Program-made: the position numbers and the translations under genes
Part shown: positions 40,170 through 55,300 of the stretch, piece by piece
How the letters are laid out: each line of letters opens with the position of its first letter
How positions within the stretch are numbered: position 1 is the first letter of the stretch
Notes under the pieces: model-generated
What the model was told of the DNA's origin: nothing
Database searches by the model: none
Seen by the model: the letters and a program-made list of their open reading frames with translations, nothing else
DNA from: Octopus vulgaris
Taxonomy: Eukaryota
Assembly (NCBI GenBank): GCA_951406725.2
Contig: OX597828.1
Coordinates: forward strand, 77,314,001-77,378,000
Direction of reading: 5' to 3'
DNA: 64,000 bases

Positions 40170-40490
40170 CGAAGGCGCCTGGCTCAGTAATTAGTATATT
40201 CGGCTGACAATCGTAAAGCCGCGAGTTCGATTCCCGAAGGCACGAAGAGTCCTTGAGCAAGACACTTTATTTCACGTTACTCCGGTGCACTCAGCTGGCA
40301 AAAATGAGCAGTACCTATATTTCAAAGGGCCAGTTTGTCACATTGTGTCACGCTGAATCTCCACGAGAACTATGTTGAATGTACGTGAGTCTGTGGAGTA
40401 CTCAGCCACTTACACGTTAATCTCACGTGCAAGCTGTCCCGATGATCGGATCAACTGGAATCCTCATCATTGTAATCGACGAAGAGCCAG
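40170..40490 (+). mobile_element. tRNA-derived SINE, family C
   Basis: gaaggcgcctggctcagt...gagttcgattccc...ccttgagcaagacactttatttcacg...ctcagctggcaaaaatgag. Confidence 0.82.
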
Positions 40491-41640
40491 TTTTTTTTTT
40501 TTTTATTACAGAGTCATTGGGAGGTGGGCTTTAGGTGGCAGCGTAGTAAATGTCCATCCCCAAGACAGGTGAGTGTGTTCACTTTGATGTAAAGTGGTCC
40601 TTCCAAGTAAGAACAACTCACCTTTATGAGCAACATTGACAGCAGCTGAAACGGTACAAATACAACACCGGTTTATGTAGAACTTGATTTTGTGGATAAC
40701 CCTAATCCTGCAATAGACTAGGAATAAATTTATCTCTCATTCGCTTCACATTACTAAAAGGGAAAAGAGAAGACGTGTGTTAGTACAGATAACCTCTACG
40801 GGGACGCTCGACTTGCAAAAGATAGCAACCAATGGACAATGTCATTCCTGATATAGAAACACATTTGATCATAGGTGTGCTTGATGAGAACTAACCTGGG
40901 GTTAAACCACTAGAGTCGGTTATATTGATTCTTCTCATTCGTCAAGACTATTTGTGATGGAGGATAAAATATAACATTTACATGTTTATAGAAAGTTATG
41001 TATGTATTTATAATAGTTCAATCACATTGATTCGACGACGTTTTTCCTTTCTGTCTCCTGTTTGTTTATGTATGTTTTTATGTATTTATTTATTTTATTT
41101 ATTCATTGACGATATTATGACAGAAAACTGGTTGAAGCGATTGTCTGTAATTCGTTGTCTGTCTTCGTTTCTTAAGAAGCAAGATTTTCTTAGGTTAGTC
41201 AGTTGTTTAATATAGCTTTTATTTAAAATATTAAGATGTATTTTGAGGGAAAAGTAACAACCATTGGTAGGAGATCGAGCGACTATTCCAGGGGTCGGGA
41301 TACTTTTTTAACCAATCACCCCAAAATATATTCATTTACGCCGACGTTACCCCCTGTTTCGAAAGGGGGACAAACACAAATAGCGGGGAACGTTTTATTT
41401 TTTTATTTATTTAACTTATGTCTTATAAGTTCTCGTTATCCACCAAGAGTTTGATTTTTATCACACTTGGCATATACGACAGGCCCAGTTCAAACGCACT
41501 CGTAGCTGGGGCCGTTATTAGCAGAAGTACTCATCCTTAAAATACAAATCCTATCCTACAGTCTTAAAATAATAGACAAACACACTGAACAATCTCACAG
41601 AAAATATAGAAAGAGGCTAAATGATTATGGCTGGAATGTC

Positions 41641-41774
41641 TTTGATCATAGACCTATTCAACCAAGCCTGACCTGGTCTTATATTTGAACATAGATTTAT
41701 TCAACCAAGCCTGACCTGGTCTTATATTTGAACATAGATCTATTTTACCAAGCCTGATCTGGTCTTATATTTGA
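41641..41774. repeat. 43-bp tandem repeat x3
   Basis: Unit tttgaacatagatctattcaaccaagcctgacctggtcttata. Confidence 0.9.
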
Positions 41775-42963
41775 TGAGCTAGTACAATTGTGAGGACGTC
41801 AGAATAAATGTCTTATGTTTTTTCTCCCAGTTCTTTACGTTCTGAGTTCAAACCCTGCTAATGTCAACTTTGCCTTTCGTTCTTTTGCGGTCCATATAAT
41901 AGATTATTACCCAAGTATCAGGGTCCACAGTATGGACTAGGCCTCTACCGCAAAATTGCTGGCCTTGTGCAACTACTCGAAATAGTTCCTGAGCAAGTGT
42001 CTTCCACTATAGTCCTAAGTCGTCCAAAGTCTTCAAATTGGATTTATGTGTGTGTGTGTGTACGCGCGCGCTTGTGTGTGTGTGTGTGTACGCGCGCGCT
42101 TGTGTGTGTGTGTGTGTTTATGTGTGTTATTTGTGGTTATCCCGCACCACTGCTTGACAACCGCTATTGGTTTGATTACGTCCCCATAAAATAGCGATTC
42201 GACAAAAGACATGGATAAAATAAGCACCACACTTACAAAAACAAAAGAAGCTGGGGTCGATACCTTCGAGTAAAACCCTTCGTGGCGGCCCCCACCTCAC
42301 CAGCATGACCGCAATCCAATGACTGGAAAAAGTAAAAGCTGAAACATACTGTTGACCTACAGCTGGTGCTGCTAGTAGGAAACGAAGTTCTTGCCTGTTG
42401 CCTTATAATCCACTACACTACCTACAAACTACAAGTTCGGTACACTGAATCTTGCCAGCAATATTTGTAAATGTAAAGAATAACAACAAAGTCAACTGTA
42501 CTTACTTGTATAAAATGAATCTCTACGACTTTCATGGGAGAGTTAAATATGAAACTAGGTCCCAAGGTAACAATTTAGTACATCATCAGAAACGAGCATT
42601 AAAGATTTTTCATTCAGATAATAGTCATTTTAAAGTCTGTGAAGTTTCACTTATTCTGTTAACCATAGTTGCACATTCACCACTATATTTTATGTTGCAT
42701 GAATTCATTGTAAATTTATCTATCTGTATTCATAAATATATGTATACGTGTACAGAAATATATGTACCTATCAATATTCATAAACATACGCGTGTGTGTA
42801 AATGCGTATATGTATCTATGTTAGTGTATGTACGAGTATGGATGTGTGTATGTTTGTGTGTACGTATGTGTGTATTTATGAATATACATATGGGCGCAAA
42901 TTATATATGTATACATATATATACACCCCTATATATATATATAGTAACATATATGTGCGTATA

Positions 42964-42999
<36 letters not shown>

Positions 43000-43048
43000 T
43001 GTATGTATGTATGTATGTATGTATGTATCTGTATGTATATATATGTAC

Positions 43049-43129
<81 letters not shown>

Positions 43130-43462
43130 CATATATTATGTATGTATGTACATATGTGTGTGTGTGTGTTTATCAGAATATCAGATATACATATGAATAT
43201 ATGCAAATATCACTTTTATACACGTTATAAAAACACGGTAGTGCAAACACACATCTACACACACGCACACACACACACATAAACACACAGAATATACGCA
43301 GAAGAAATGACAGATAGAAGAAGGGGCAAGCGACAGTGAGAGCGAGAAAGAGAGAGAGAGAGGTGGGAAGGGTGAGTATGCAGAAGAGACACAACAGATA
43401 AATACATAATAAATACATGAATGCAAATAAAATACCTGTATGCATACATTTACACACAACCG

Positions 43463-43493
<31 letters not shown>

Positions 43494-43527
43494 CAGAAAG
43501 AGAGAAAGAGAGAGACAGAGAGACAGA

Positions 43528-43572
<45 letters not shown>

Positions 43573-44249
43573 AAGAAGAGGGAAATGACGCAACGTGTGT
43601 TAGAAATGGAGACAAGCATGGCCGAGGCGATAAACGACGACATCTCGGTATTAAGCCTCTGCGATTCCACTCATAATTTAGTGTTTACATGACTTCGCTT
43701 TAACATTCCCCACGGGTATCTTCGTCTTCACTGATATATATATACATATAACCTATTCACGGTGTGTGTATGTTTATGTATGTAAGTCAGTGTATGTGTG
43801 TGTGTGTGTGTGTGTCTGTGACCTGTAGCCAGTCGAAGCCAATTATTCACAATGTCTTGCAGGCGATAAGTATTTATACATATACGTGTATGTATGTATG
43901 TATGTATGTATGTCTGTATGTATGTATGTATGTATGCAGGTGTTTGAAAGCCTCGGTTTCGGGTGTACGTTTGTATATATTCATATATGTATATACAATC
44001 ACGCTTTTTCATACACGCACATACACACATATTTATACACCTACACAAACGCATACATGCATGCGTATATTCGTTTATCATACAATCTAACACACACTTA
44101 TATATCCATATACATGCGTATATATTTATATACTATACATGTATATATATATATATGTATATATACTAACACACAGGCAAATGTGTGTATAAATGTGTGT
44201 GTGTATATGCATGTATTTGTATATATATATATATATATATATGGATGTG

Positions 44250-44300
<51 letters not shown>

Positions 44301-44734
44301 GCATATATATAAGCAATGACATACGCAAAAACTAAATACATATGCATAACTAAGATACACACATATACACAATCACACGTAAACATATACATTTACAGTA
44401 TTCAGTGTATTTCCATATGAAAATATACTTAAACAAACACATACATAGGCAAACACGCTCACTCACACACTAATACACACACATACACATACACACACAC
44501 ACACTTCGATATTTATACTTTTCACATTCTACGCATCAACATTCATGCATAGACATATATTCGATAATAAATGATAATGCATAAGCATACATATATATAT
44601 ATATATGCGGGTATACGCACTTCATATATGAATATAAAAACACTTATATGCATGCAAAACTACATATACACATAGACACATGAATACACACACATAGACA
44701 AAGAGCATGCATATATATACATATAGATATAGTG

Positions 44735-44767
<33 letters not shown>

Positions 44768-44795
44768 ATATATACATATACATATATATATACAT

Positions 44796-44828
<33 letters not shown>

Positions 44829-44851
44829 TATATGTATACATATATATATAC

Positions 44852-44922
<71 letters not shown>

Positions 44923-44936
44923 GTGTGTTGTGTGTG

Positions 44937-44978
<42 letters not shown>

Positions 44979-45175
44979 TATATACATATATATACATACT
45001 GCAAAAGAACATATCCAGCACTTTGAAGTATTGATTAAGTTATCGATTACGCATACACTCACAAACACATAGAGGAATATATGAGTCAACAATCTCAGCG
45101 TATATGAATATATGTATGGATACCATTTTTGCATAAATAATTACCACTCGTATATAATATATTTGCATAGGTATG

Positions 45176-45224
<49 letters not shown>

Positions 45225-45289
45225 GATATCTATGTGAGGCACAAACATTACTTGTGTATGCACATATATATATATATATATGCTCTTCT

Positions 45290-45625
45290 GTTGTTTTTTA
45301 GTTGTTTTAGTCATTTGATTGCGTCCATGCTTGTTCACCGCCTTTAGTCGAACGAATCCACCCAAGGACTTATTCTTTGTAAGCCTAGTATTTATTCTAT
45401 CGGTCTCTTTTGCCGAACCGCGTATTTATGGGGGGATGTAAACACACCAGCATATGTTGTCAAGCGATGGTGGCGGGACAAACACAGACTCACACAAACA
45501 TATACATACACATACACACTCGTATGTATACACGACATGTTTCTTTCAGTTTCCGCCCACAAGGTCTCCCCGAAACTATAGTAGAAGACACTTGGCCAAG
45601 GTGCTACGCAGTGAGACTGAACCGA
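45290..45625 (-). mobile_element. SINE family A, decayed
   Basis: caccgcctttagtcga...gacttattctttgtaagcctagta...ctatagtagaagacactt. Confidence 0.75.
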
Positions 45626-46105
45626 GAGCTAAGTGGAACAGTTGTTTCGATTCCTAGAACGGCGGTGTACTTTGTTCTCGGTTAAAACATTTTATTTCAC
45701 GTTGGCGCAGTCCAGCCAGCTCTAAATGGGAAACTCTGGAACGGACTAATACCCTCCTAGCCAGCGGTTGGCATCATTCGAAAGCTACGCCAACGCGACA
45801 AAAGCACATTGAAAATAGCGATGTATACCAGCATCCGATATCCTCTTTGATTTGGTGGTATACATGTATAAACGTAGTTCTGCTGAAGACTGCTACATAT
45901 GGGGAAAGAAGCGCTTCCAGCTCGAAATATGTTGAAGAATTTATATACAAGAGTGATGAGCCTGCATAGATTTCTATATAATTATTTTATTTATTTCTTC
46001 CCATGGGATGAATTCTTGAAGTCCCTGATTGTCGTAAATAGCACTATTTCGCCCTTCTTTTGGACTCTCCTGTACAATATAACTTGAAACTTGAAATGAA
46101 TTAGG

Positions 46106-46173
<68 letters not shown>

Positions 46174-46302
46174 CGGACTTTTTCAGTCTCCGCCTACCAA
46201 ATCTATTTACAATGCACTTACCCAAGGTGTCAGGTAGTGGGGCTGAACCCGGAACCATGCGCTTGAGAAGTAAGCTTCTTACATACAGCCACGTCTCATA
46301 TA

Positions 46303-46387
<85 letters not shown>

Positions 46388-46424
46388 GCATACATACATA
46401 TATATACATCACCGGTAATCATAA

Positions 46425-46637
46425 TGCTGGTTTCAAACTTTGGCTCAAGGCCATCAAGTTCAGGGGAGAGGTAAGTCGAATAATCAACCCCAGGGTTCAA
46501 CCGGTACTTATTTTAACGGCCTCGAAGAAATGACTGATAAAGTCAACATCGATGGAATTTGAACTCAGAATGTAATGATGGGCAAAATGCCGGTTAGCAT
46601 TTTGCCCGGCATGTCCGGCATGCCCGACCAGCTCGCT
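46425..46637 (-). mobile_element. SINE family B, decayed
   Basis: ggtacttatttt...ggaatttgaactcagaa...agcattttgcccggc...ccagctcgc. Confidence 0.7.
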
Positions 46638-47474
46638 GCGGTCTTGTGATAGTAATAGTGTTTCAATTTTAACCATTATACTTGCTCTCTACGTCGTGAC
46701 GATTCTACGATAACGTTGCTCTTCGCTAATGTTTTATTATTGTTTTGCCGTCAACTAAACAATGCATTGTCATATTAGCATCTATAGAATTCCTAGTCTA
46801 TAAAGCACTTGCAGATGAGTAATGGAATTCAACTAGCCACTCCCATCTCCACTTACGTATATCGTTGTTACTGTGAAAACGCTAGTTGATTGGCTGTATT
46901 TTCCATTCAATCCCCGCCTTCCATTGATGTGCTTAAATATGTTTGACTTTTTCCAAATAATTTTTGTCTTGGAATTCGAATTGAAATCTTCGCAGTTCAA
47001 ATTATATCTGTCAGTTGTTCAATACCTGACGAAATGGTTTTGCTTATATAATTGATATTACGCAATGCATGGTGAAGAAATGAATAGCCATGTTATGGAA
47101 ACGCGCATACCATAATTGGAACAAAATCTACAAAATCAAAATATTCATTTATTTATTATACATACATACATGTATGTGAATGTGTGTGTATGTGTGTGTG
47201 TGTATAAATATCCAATCCTTCTATTCTTTTTTCTTCCTTTATTGTCTTACCTGTATTTCGATTGTGTCTTCTCTCTCTCTTTCGCTTTCTCTTTCTCTCT
47301 CTCTCTCTTTCCCTCACTCTTTCTCACTCTCTCACTTTCTTTCTCTCTTTATTTCTTTAAATATTCGTCTGTTTATGCATATACGCATGTATATGTATAT
47401 ACTTCTCTGCCTAACACTTTGTCTTTCTCTGCCTAACCATTGTCTTTCCCTAAATGTTCTTTTCGTCGCTTTCA

Positions 47475-47516
<42 letters not shown>

Positions 47517-47935
47517 TCTCACTCCCTTTCTGTCTCACTCTACCTCTCACTGCCACTCTCTCACTCTTTCTTTCCATATTATCTATTTGTGTTTCTCACA
47601 TTTCCTCATATTCACGTCCATATTATCGCCCTATTTCCTTCTCTACTCAAAACGTCAAGTATTCTGACAGTCCACACCTGCCCATCCATCCATACATTTC
47701 GTAATCCCATAAATGTGTGTCCATGGAAAGTGTCCATGATCTACGTGTGTGTGTGTGTATGCTTGTCTACAAATATGTGTGTACATTTTATTTGTATATA
47801 TTTTATAATCGCGTCTGTTTGTGTGTATATATATGTGTTTTACATTTGTGTGAGGACAAACAGTACAATCACTAAGACATGCATATACATACATGTGTAA
47901 ATATATATACGTACATATATATATATACATATATA

Positions 47936-47970
<35 letters not shown>

Positions 47971-47971
<1 letters not shown>

Positions 47972-48349
47972 TTCTTTTCAGCCATTTGACTGCAGCCATG
48001 CTGGAGCACCGCCTTTAGTCGAACAATTGACCCCAGCACTTATTCTTTGTAAGCGTAGTACTTATTCTGTCGTTCTCCTTTTGCCAAACCGCTAACCTAC
48101 GGGACGCAAACACATCAACATCGGTTGTCAAGCGATGGTGATGGACAAACACAGACACACAAACATATACATATATATACGTGTATACAACGGGCTTCTT
48201 TCAATTTCCGTCTGTCAAATCCACTCACAAGGTTTTAGTCGGCCCTAGATTATAGCAGAAAACCCCTGTGTAAGGTTCCACACAGTGGGACTGAACCCGG
48301 AACCAAGTGGTTGGGAAGCAAGCTTCTTACCACACAGCCATGCTTGCAC
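47971..48349 (-). mobile_element. SINE family A, near full length
   Basis: Reverse complement of the 34708-35120 copy. Confidence 0.85.
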
Positions 48350-48401
48350 CATATATATATATATATGTATATATATATGTATATATATATATATGTATAT
48401 A

Positions 48402-48447
<46 letters not shown>

Positions 48448-48612
48448 CGTATATATATATATACATATATATATATACATGCTCATGCATAACGTAAAGA
48501 CAAATGGAGGCGCTGGCATGGCTGTGAGGTCAGGAGGATGTTTCCCAACCACATGGTTCTGCCTTTAGTTCATCTGCGAGCTACCTTCTACTATAACGAA
48601 GCTCCCGTCGTG

Positions 48613-48688
<76 letters not shown>

Positions 48689-50883
48689 AAACTGAGAATG
48701 TGTGTCTGTCTGTCTGTGTTTCCCTAAAACTTGAGAACTTTTTGCCTAGGGCGAGCCCACAGCAATATCATATCTTCTTCACTACGATTCCCTAAAATTT
48801 GAGAACTACACTACCAATTCCATTCAAATTTTACACATGCCTTACTTAGGGTCCATGTAGTTTCATGGGCAAAAAAATGTTCAACTTCTTGCCTAGAGTG
48901 TTTATGCCGAATATGTACGTATGCAAGTATATATATGTATGTATGCCTGTATATATGTACAAAATCTACTGAGAAGGCTTTGGTTGGTCTGAGGCTATAG
49001 CAGAAGACACATGCCAAGTCACCACACAGTGGGACTGAACCCAGGACCATGTGTTTGGAACGTAGTTTGTTACCACACAGCCACACCTGCCCCTATGTAT
49101 GTGTGTGTGTGTGTGCATACGTGTGTATGGGTAGATATATTATGCATGTATATATGTGTATATATATATGTGTACATATTACCTGTACATCTATATATAT
49201 ACATGTACACATAAAATACAAAATACAAAATTATATCTTGATATCGCTAGTGATAACAATACTCAAAATACATAACAGACTGGAATTGTAGGCCCGTGTC
49301 TTGCAATTTCGATCAATTGGATCTTGTCCTCCCTCTTGTATAGAAGTGTGGCTGCAATCCAGCCTACCTCTACTTCTGGGGGGGGGGCATGTTTTTATCC
49401 GGGGCGTCCCAGATATAAAGGTAAAAATAAAATATTTCCACTTTGGAAGGTTCGAGTCGAGTACTCCCTTGCACGCTCCGTTGACTCGAACCTTGCTTCT
49501 ATTGTGGCAAATTTACTGCCTCTGATTAGATATCTTTCATAGTCGCACCAAGACACTTTTCGATGGCGCTTTCCTCCAGGTGTTCAAATCTTATTTTTCT
49601 CTATATATTGTATACTTTATAGATAATAGTCTTTTCTTTAATTTAATTTTTTATTTCGTTTGGTGGTGTTATCCTAGATTCACCTTCTTTGTCGGTGATA
49701 AATCCGTATTTCTTCCATTTTAATTTCAATGAGTTCGCGCCCGCCGACGGCTGCAGCGAAATTCATTTTTGGACTTTCTTCTATCGAAGGCATTCTAACG
49801 AAAATACTTCCGTGTAAACGGTGAAAATATTGTCAATTACCCCAAACAGGGACACAATTCAATTTTTAAACAATAACCAAAGCTCCGTCTCCCAAAGGGG
49901 GAGGGTTACAGTTTACAATTATTTAACAAATGCAACACAACAATGTTTCCTTTACGAGGAACCAACAAACGTGATAACAATAGTTAAACAGTAATAATAA
50001 TAACAACAACAAACCTTACGATGAGTCAGAAAGCAGCTGAAGTCCTTTATGTATAAGAAATAAACCAACAGGAGCGGCTGTTCGAGAAAACAGATATTAC
50101 ATACAGCCAAACTTCATATAGATACTTAATGCTAGCTAATTAGCCGATAATCTAATGTAAAAGCCGTGGTAAAGGGTATTGCACACCTCCATCTGGACTA
50201 TTCCATTTCTGCACGCTAATTTTATTTTTAATTTATTCCCATTCATGTGAAACCACTTATTCAAGTTCAAGTCATTGATGCAATTTTATACCAATTGCTA
50301 TTTTTACTTTTGTTATGTTACGATTATATTATACTTTAGTTTGATTTTAATTATTACTTACTACATATAATTCAATTGTTATTATTTTTATTGTTCCAAC
50401 TAATAACTGTTGGGAAGACTTTCAAACCTGCCTTACATTCGAACCGGAATCTCAAAAACATTGTCCCCTTACATCTCATTCTCATTTCATTCCCAACACA
50501 GGGAAATAAAACTTACTTCTCACTACGGGACAATGGAAGATGGTAACAGATATTTACCGCATGCTACCTTATCAAGTGAAGTATATTGTCATCCACTTCT
50601 AACCTTCATAGCATACGGACAATTCAAACGACCCCACACCACTATACCACCACTGATACCTTCATCCTTCTAGCTCTCTGCTTTCTTATAAATACGACAG
50701 AATTCATTTCCAGTCAAATAATATTCGCAACACGATTCATAATCACTCTGTCCTCTCGTATTACTATTTCTCTCGTATTCTCATTCACACCATTGCTCTA
50801 TCTAAGCAAGACTGATCAACTAAAGCTCATTCATTCATTTTCCGGATATCGGTATGTAACATTTCTTCTTTGTAAATTGCATC

Positions 50884-51912
50884 AATATAAAACATTTCAC
50901 TGCTATTTCTATCACACGCTGCTACCACGTAACGGATTTACGCAAATAGCTGTTCACTGGTACCATGACGTGTTACAAATACCAACCAAATCCGTTAATG
51001 TTTACAAGTACACCTGCATATCAACTCCAAACACTTTTCTTTCATTTACAGCGGATTCATGCTTTCCATTAATGACATTCCAACTATGCAATCATTTTCA
51101 ATTCACTCCTCATTTTTACATTTTCATTTCTTTCAAAATATTTCCATACTTCTTCCCTAATGCCGGTGCCCAGCAATCTTTTACATTTCTGCAGTCAATT
51201 TATTACCGTTTCATTTCTTTTCAACTTCATCATTAAAAATAGGGGAACACGGTACTTCCTACCGAGCGAGAACGCTCCCAGTCTTTCCCGTTCTCCTTAA
51301 TGAAACGCGTGCCCCATAATTTTGCCCTTCTTTAATTATGCGGGCCTGCAGACCAACTAACTTACCTACAATCATTCCTACACACATTTCACTAAGGAAA
51401 TATGAAACATTTCATTGCTATTTCTAGCACGTGATTCTACCACGTAACGGCTTCTCGCAAATACCTGTCCACTGGTAGCACGACGTGCTACAAATAACAG
51501 CCACATTGGTTAATGTTTATAAGCACACCTGCATATAAACTCCCAAAACCCTCCTTTCTTTCTTTTCCAGCGGATTCATATGTTTCCCATCACGGACATT
51601 CCAATTATGCAATCATTTTCAATTCCCTGTCCCTACTCCTCATTTTTACATTTTCACTTATTTCCAAATATTTCCATACTTCTTCCCTAATGTGGACGCC
51701 GAGCAATCTTTTACATTTCTTCAGTCAATTTCTTACTTTAAGATTAGCGGAACAGGAGACTTCACAACGACCAAAGTCACTCACACTTCTTTCAGTTTTC
51801 ATTACTGAAATGTGTGCCAATGCACGCATTTAAATTTCACGTGAGTGTTTTTTCTTCTTCCTTTCTGGGAACCTGCAGACCTACCAACTTACCTTTAACC
51901 ATTCCTACACTT
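50884..51912. repeat. Diverged ~515-bp tandem duplication upstream of RepHel
   Basis: Shared blocks aaacatttca.tgctatttcta, ctaccacgtaacgg, atatttccatacttcttccctaatg and cctgcagacc start at about 50884 and 51399. Confidence 0.85.
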
Positions 51913-52343
51913 ACATGCAGCATCAACGGCAGTTTCTGCCCCACTAGCACCACTAAACAAACCTAAGCAACTCATCCGCTTGCTCTTTCATTAACCCTTT
52001 CCCTATCCAATTTATACGACAAAGCAGCCATACTTTGACAACCAACATCCACACTTCATGTTCACACAAACAACAACATTCTCAACGTAATTCATAAACA
52101 ATTTCTCCTTTGCTCTTACTATTTTTCTCGCCTTCCTTTTCACAACTGTTTCCATTCTCATTTTCATTTCATAACACTAATATCATCTAATTTTATACAT
52201 TCACCGTTCTACTTACTACCGCTTCATTATTACCACAGCAGTTGCAGGTTTTCAACTGCTCTACAGTTACATACTAACCCTTCAATTAATATTTCATACT
52301 TCACAGTGTATCTCACTGCATTTCATCACGCTTCTTTTACATC

Positions 52344-55300
52344 ATGCCCCGAAGGAAGACTTCTTCAATTGGACGCAAAACTGCGAAAGCTGCAAGAACA
52401 TCAGCAAGGAGGGCCAATGAATCGTCAGTCGAAACTTACATCATACGATCACAAAATGCTCGACGTACTGCCAATTCAAGAGCACTTCAAACAGATCATC
52501 GGGGTAAAGTTCGACGAACTGCTGATGCTGCCTCAACTGCTGCTGCACGAGCTGCAGAGAAGAAAAACGAATGCGCTACACGCCTGCTCAGGAATGCTTC
52601 CAACATGGCTGCTGCGCGAGCTTCCTACACCTTACAACAGAGATGTACTATGCTGCAGACTTCAACTCAACAAAGAGCTCATAGACGAGGATTTTCAACG
52701 CCATGCAGCTCACGATGGTTATTAAAGGCTTTCCAATACAACCCTAACCTTCATTACGATTGCCGCCACCCAGATATGAACATTGGCAATATGTCCATCA
52801 CTTTCTCTTTCTGCAATGCTAAGAAGTGGTCAAGAGAAACTCCTGCAATGTGTTGCGCTAATGAAAATGTTAACCTCTCTTCACTGCAGGATCCACCACA
52901 GCTCTTAAAGTCACTCTACGCTGGCACAACTACGGAGTCGAAGCATTTCCTGAATAACATCCGGAAGTACAATTGTGCATTCCAAATGACATCTTTCGGC
53001 GCTAATGTTGTTCAAGAAGGAGGGTTTATGCCTATTTTCAAAGTGCCGGGACAGGTTTACCAAAGGATAGGATCACTCGAACCTGCTGAAAATCAAGATC
53101 CTCATATCCTTCAACTGTATTTTGTAGGCAATTTACATGAGCAAACCACCGGACGAAATTCCATTTCCACAGGTACTAACTTTCAGTTGATAATGCAACT
53201 GCAAGACCTTTTGCACCAGAAAAATAGCTACGTACGCATCTTCAAGTATACCTTGGAAACTGAAGATTCATCAAATTTTAATGTTATCTTTGATGCCCAG
53301 AAAAGACCATCTAGGGAACATGCAGGCCGTTACAATGCACCCACACGCAATGAAATAGCTGTACTCCTTCACGGTGAACAGCACAATCCCAGAGACATTG
53401 TCCTCAGGTGACGTGACACCACCCTCCAACGAATTAGTGAAACACACAGATCATATGATTCACTTCAATACCCACTTCTGTTTGTTAATGGTGAGGATGG
53501 CTACCACATCGGTCTACTACAGCAACATCCTCAAAATCTTAATGAACATCTCAACAAGCCAATATCCTGCATAGACTTCTACTCATACAGATTTATGACC
53601 CGAAACAACTGCTGTAATCACCTCCACCAGTCTCGAGAGCTGTTTCATCAATTTGCAGTCGATATGTGCGCAAAAAATGGAATCAGAGAGATTGTGTTTC
53701 ATCAGGTTACATAAAAAAAAATTGCGATCTGAGAGCTACATCCATCTCCGAGATGCCATCGACAATGATGCTGCTCCAAAAAACATAGGAAGACTTTGCA
53801 TCTTGCCTTCTACATTCACTGGAAGTCCCCGATACATGCATAAAAGAACACAGGATGCAATGACCTTTGTCCGCCATTACGGCAGGCCTGACCTATTCAT
53901 AACTTTCACATGCAATTCCAAGTGGAAGGAGATTCAGGCCAAACTCTTCTTCGGTCAAAACCCTAAAGACAGGCATGACCTCCTCGCCCGAGTTTTCCAT
54001 CTGAAGTTAATCTCTCTCATGGAGCTCATACAAAAAGGGCAAGTCTTTGGGCCCATACAATGTGACATGTACACAATCGAGTGGAAAAAAGGGGCCTTCC
54101 ACATGCTCATATCCTGCTTTGGCTCTCAGCGAAGATCAATTCCAATGACATCAACAAGATAATCTCTGCAGAGCTTCCTAATCCAGCTTTAGACAAAGAA
54201 CTATACGAAATAGTTAAAGCAAACATGGTACATGGTCCATGTGGGCGTGGATTGAACATGAACTCACCATACTTGAAGGACAGCATATGTTCAAAACGAT
54301 TTCCAAGGAGGTTCCTACAAGAAACTCAGACAGATGCTGATGGGTATCCATCATACAGACGCAGAAAACCAGAAGACGGAGATTTCACAGCAACTATTGG
54401 ACAGCACGATATTGATAATAGATGGATTGTTCCATACTGCCCACTCCTGTCAAAGACTTTCAATGCCCACATCAACGTTGAGTTTTGCAACTCCGTTAAA
54501 TCCATCAAGTACGTTTACAAATATGTAAACAAGGGTTCTGACGCTGCAATGTTTGGACTTCAACAAGAATACCGCCAGGATGAGGTGGCGCATTATCAGG
54601 TGGGACGGGACATAAGTAGCAACGAGGCTTTCTGGCGCATCTTTGGCTTTCCAATTCACCAACGACACCCCGCCATTCAACAGCTTGCAGTGCATCTGGA
54701 AAATGGTCAAAGAGTGTACTTCACCGATGCTAATGCTTCTCTGTTGGCAGAGGAACCAAGGGATAGCACACTCACTGCATTCTTCAAGCTTTGTCAAGTG
54801 GATCCATTCGCTCAAACCTTGCTGTATCCACAGATTCCATCGTACTACACTTGGAATGGAAAAAAATGGGCCCCACGGAAAGCAGGTCAAAATGTTCGTG
54901 GATACCCTGGCATTAAGATTCTCACTTGCCTTGGGCGAGTACACACAGTGCATCCCACTCAACAAGAGTGCTTCTACCTTCGTCTACTACTGCATGAGGT
55001 CAGAGGGCCAACGTCTTTCCAGGCCCTAAAAACCGTTCATGGACATGTCTGCACAACATACAGAGAAGCCTGCTATCGACACGATCTGTTAGAAGATTGT
55101 GCACAATGGGATGCAACTTTATTACAATCACCTAAAAGTCTCAGGGAACTATTTGCAGTTTTACTACAGGCATGCGAACTGTGTGATCCGGCCACTCTAT
55201 GGCTCAAATATAGAGACAACCTGGCTGAAGAATTTCAGCGCCAAGTTCAACTGCTCTATCCTGACTTGGAGGGTATCAGCAATGAAATCTATAACAAAAC

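Noticed and set aside
41641-41774. Tandem repeats here and at 60614 as CRISPR-like arrays
   Set aside because: Units are head-to-tail with no unique spacers, there are no cas genes, and the context is eukaryotic.
2611-48795. Dozens of ORFs rich in YI, CV, HT, YLSI, poly-M/H/I/L/V/T
   Set aside because: They are translations of di-, tri- and tetranucleotide microsatellites with no domain or coding signal.
49680-49770. Minus-strand KWKKYGFITDKEG resembling a cold-shock-domain motif in the Helitron cargo
   Set aside because: Too short, with a stop just upstream in frame and only weak splice signals.
50586-51236. 216-aa ORF upstream of RepHel
   Set aside because: Non-ATG start, composition reflects pyrimidine-rich DNA, no recognisable domain, and the frame is only partly matched in the duplicated unit.
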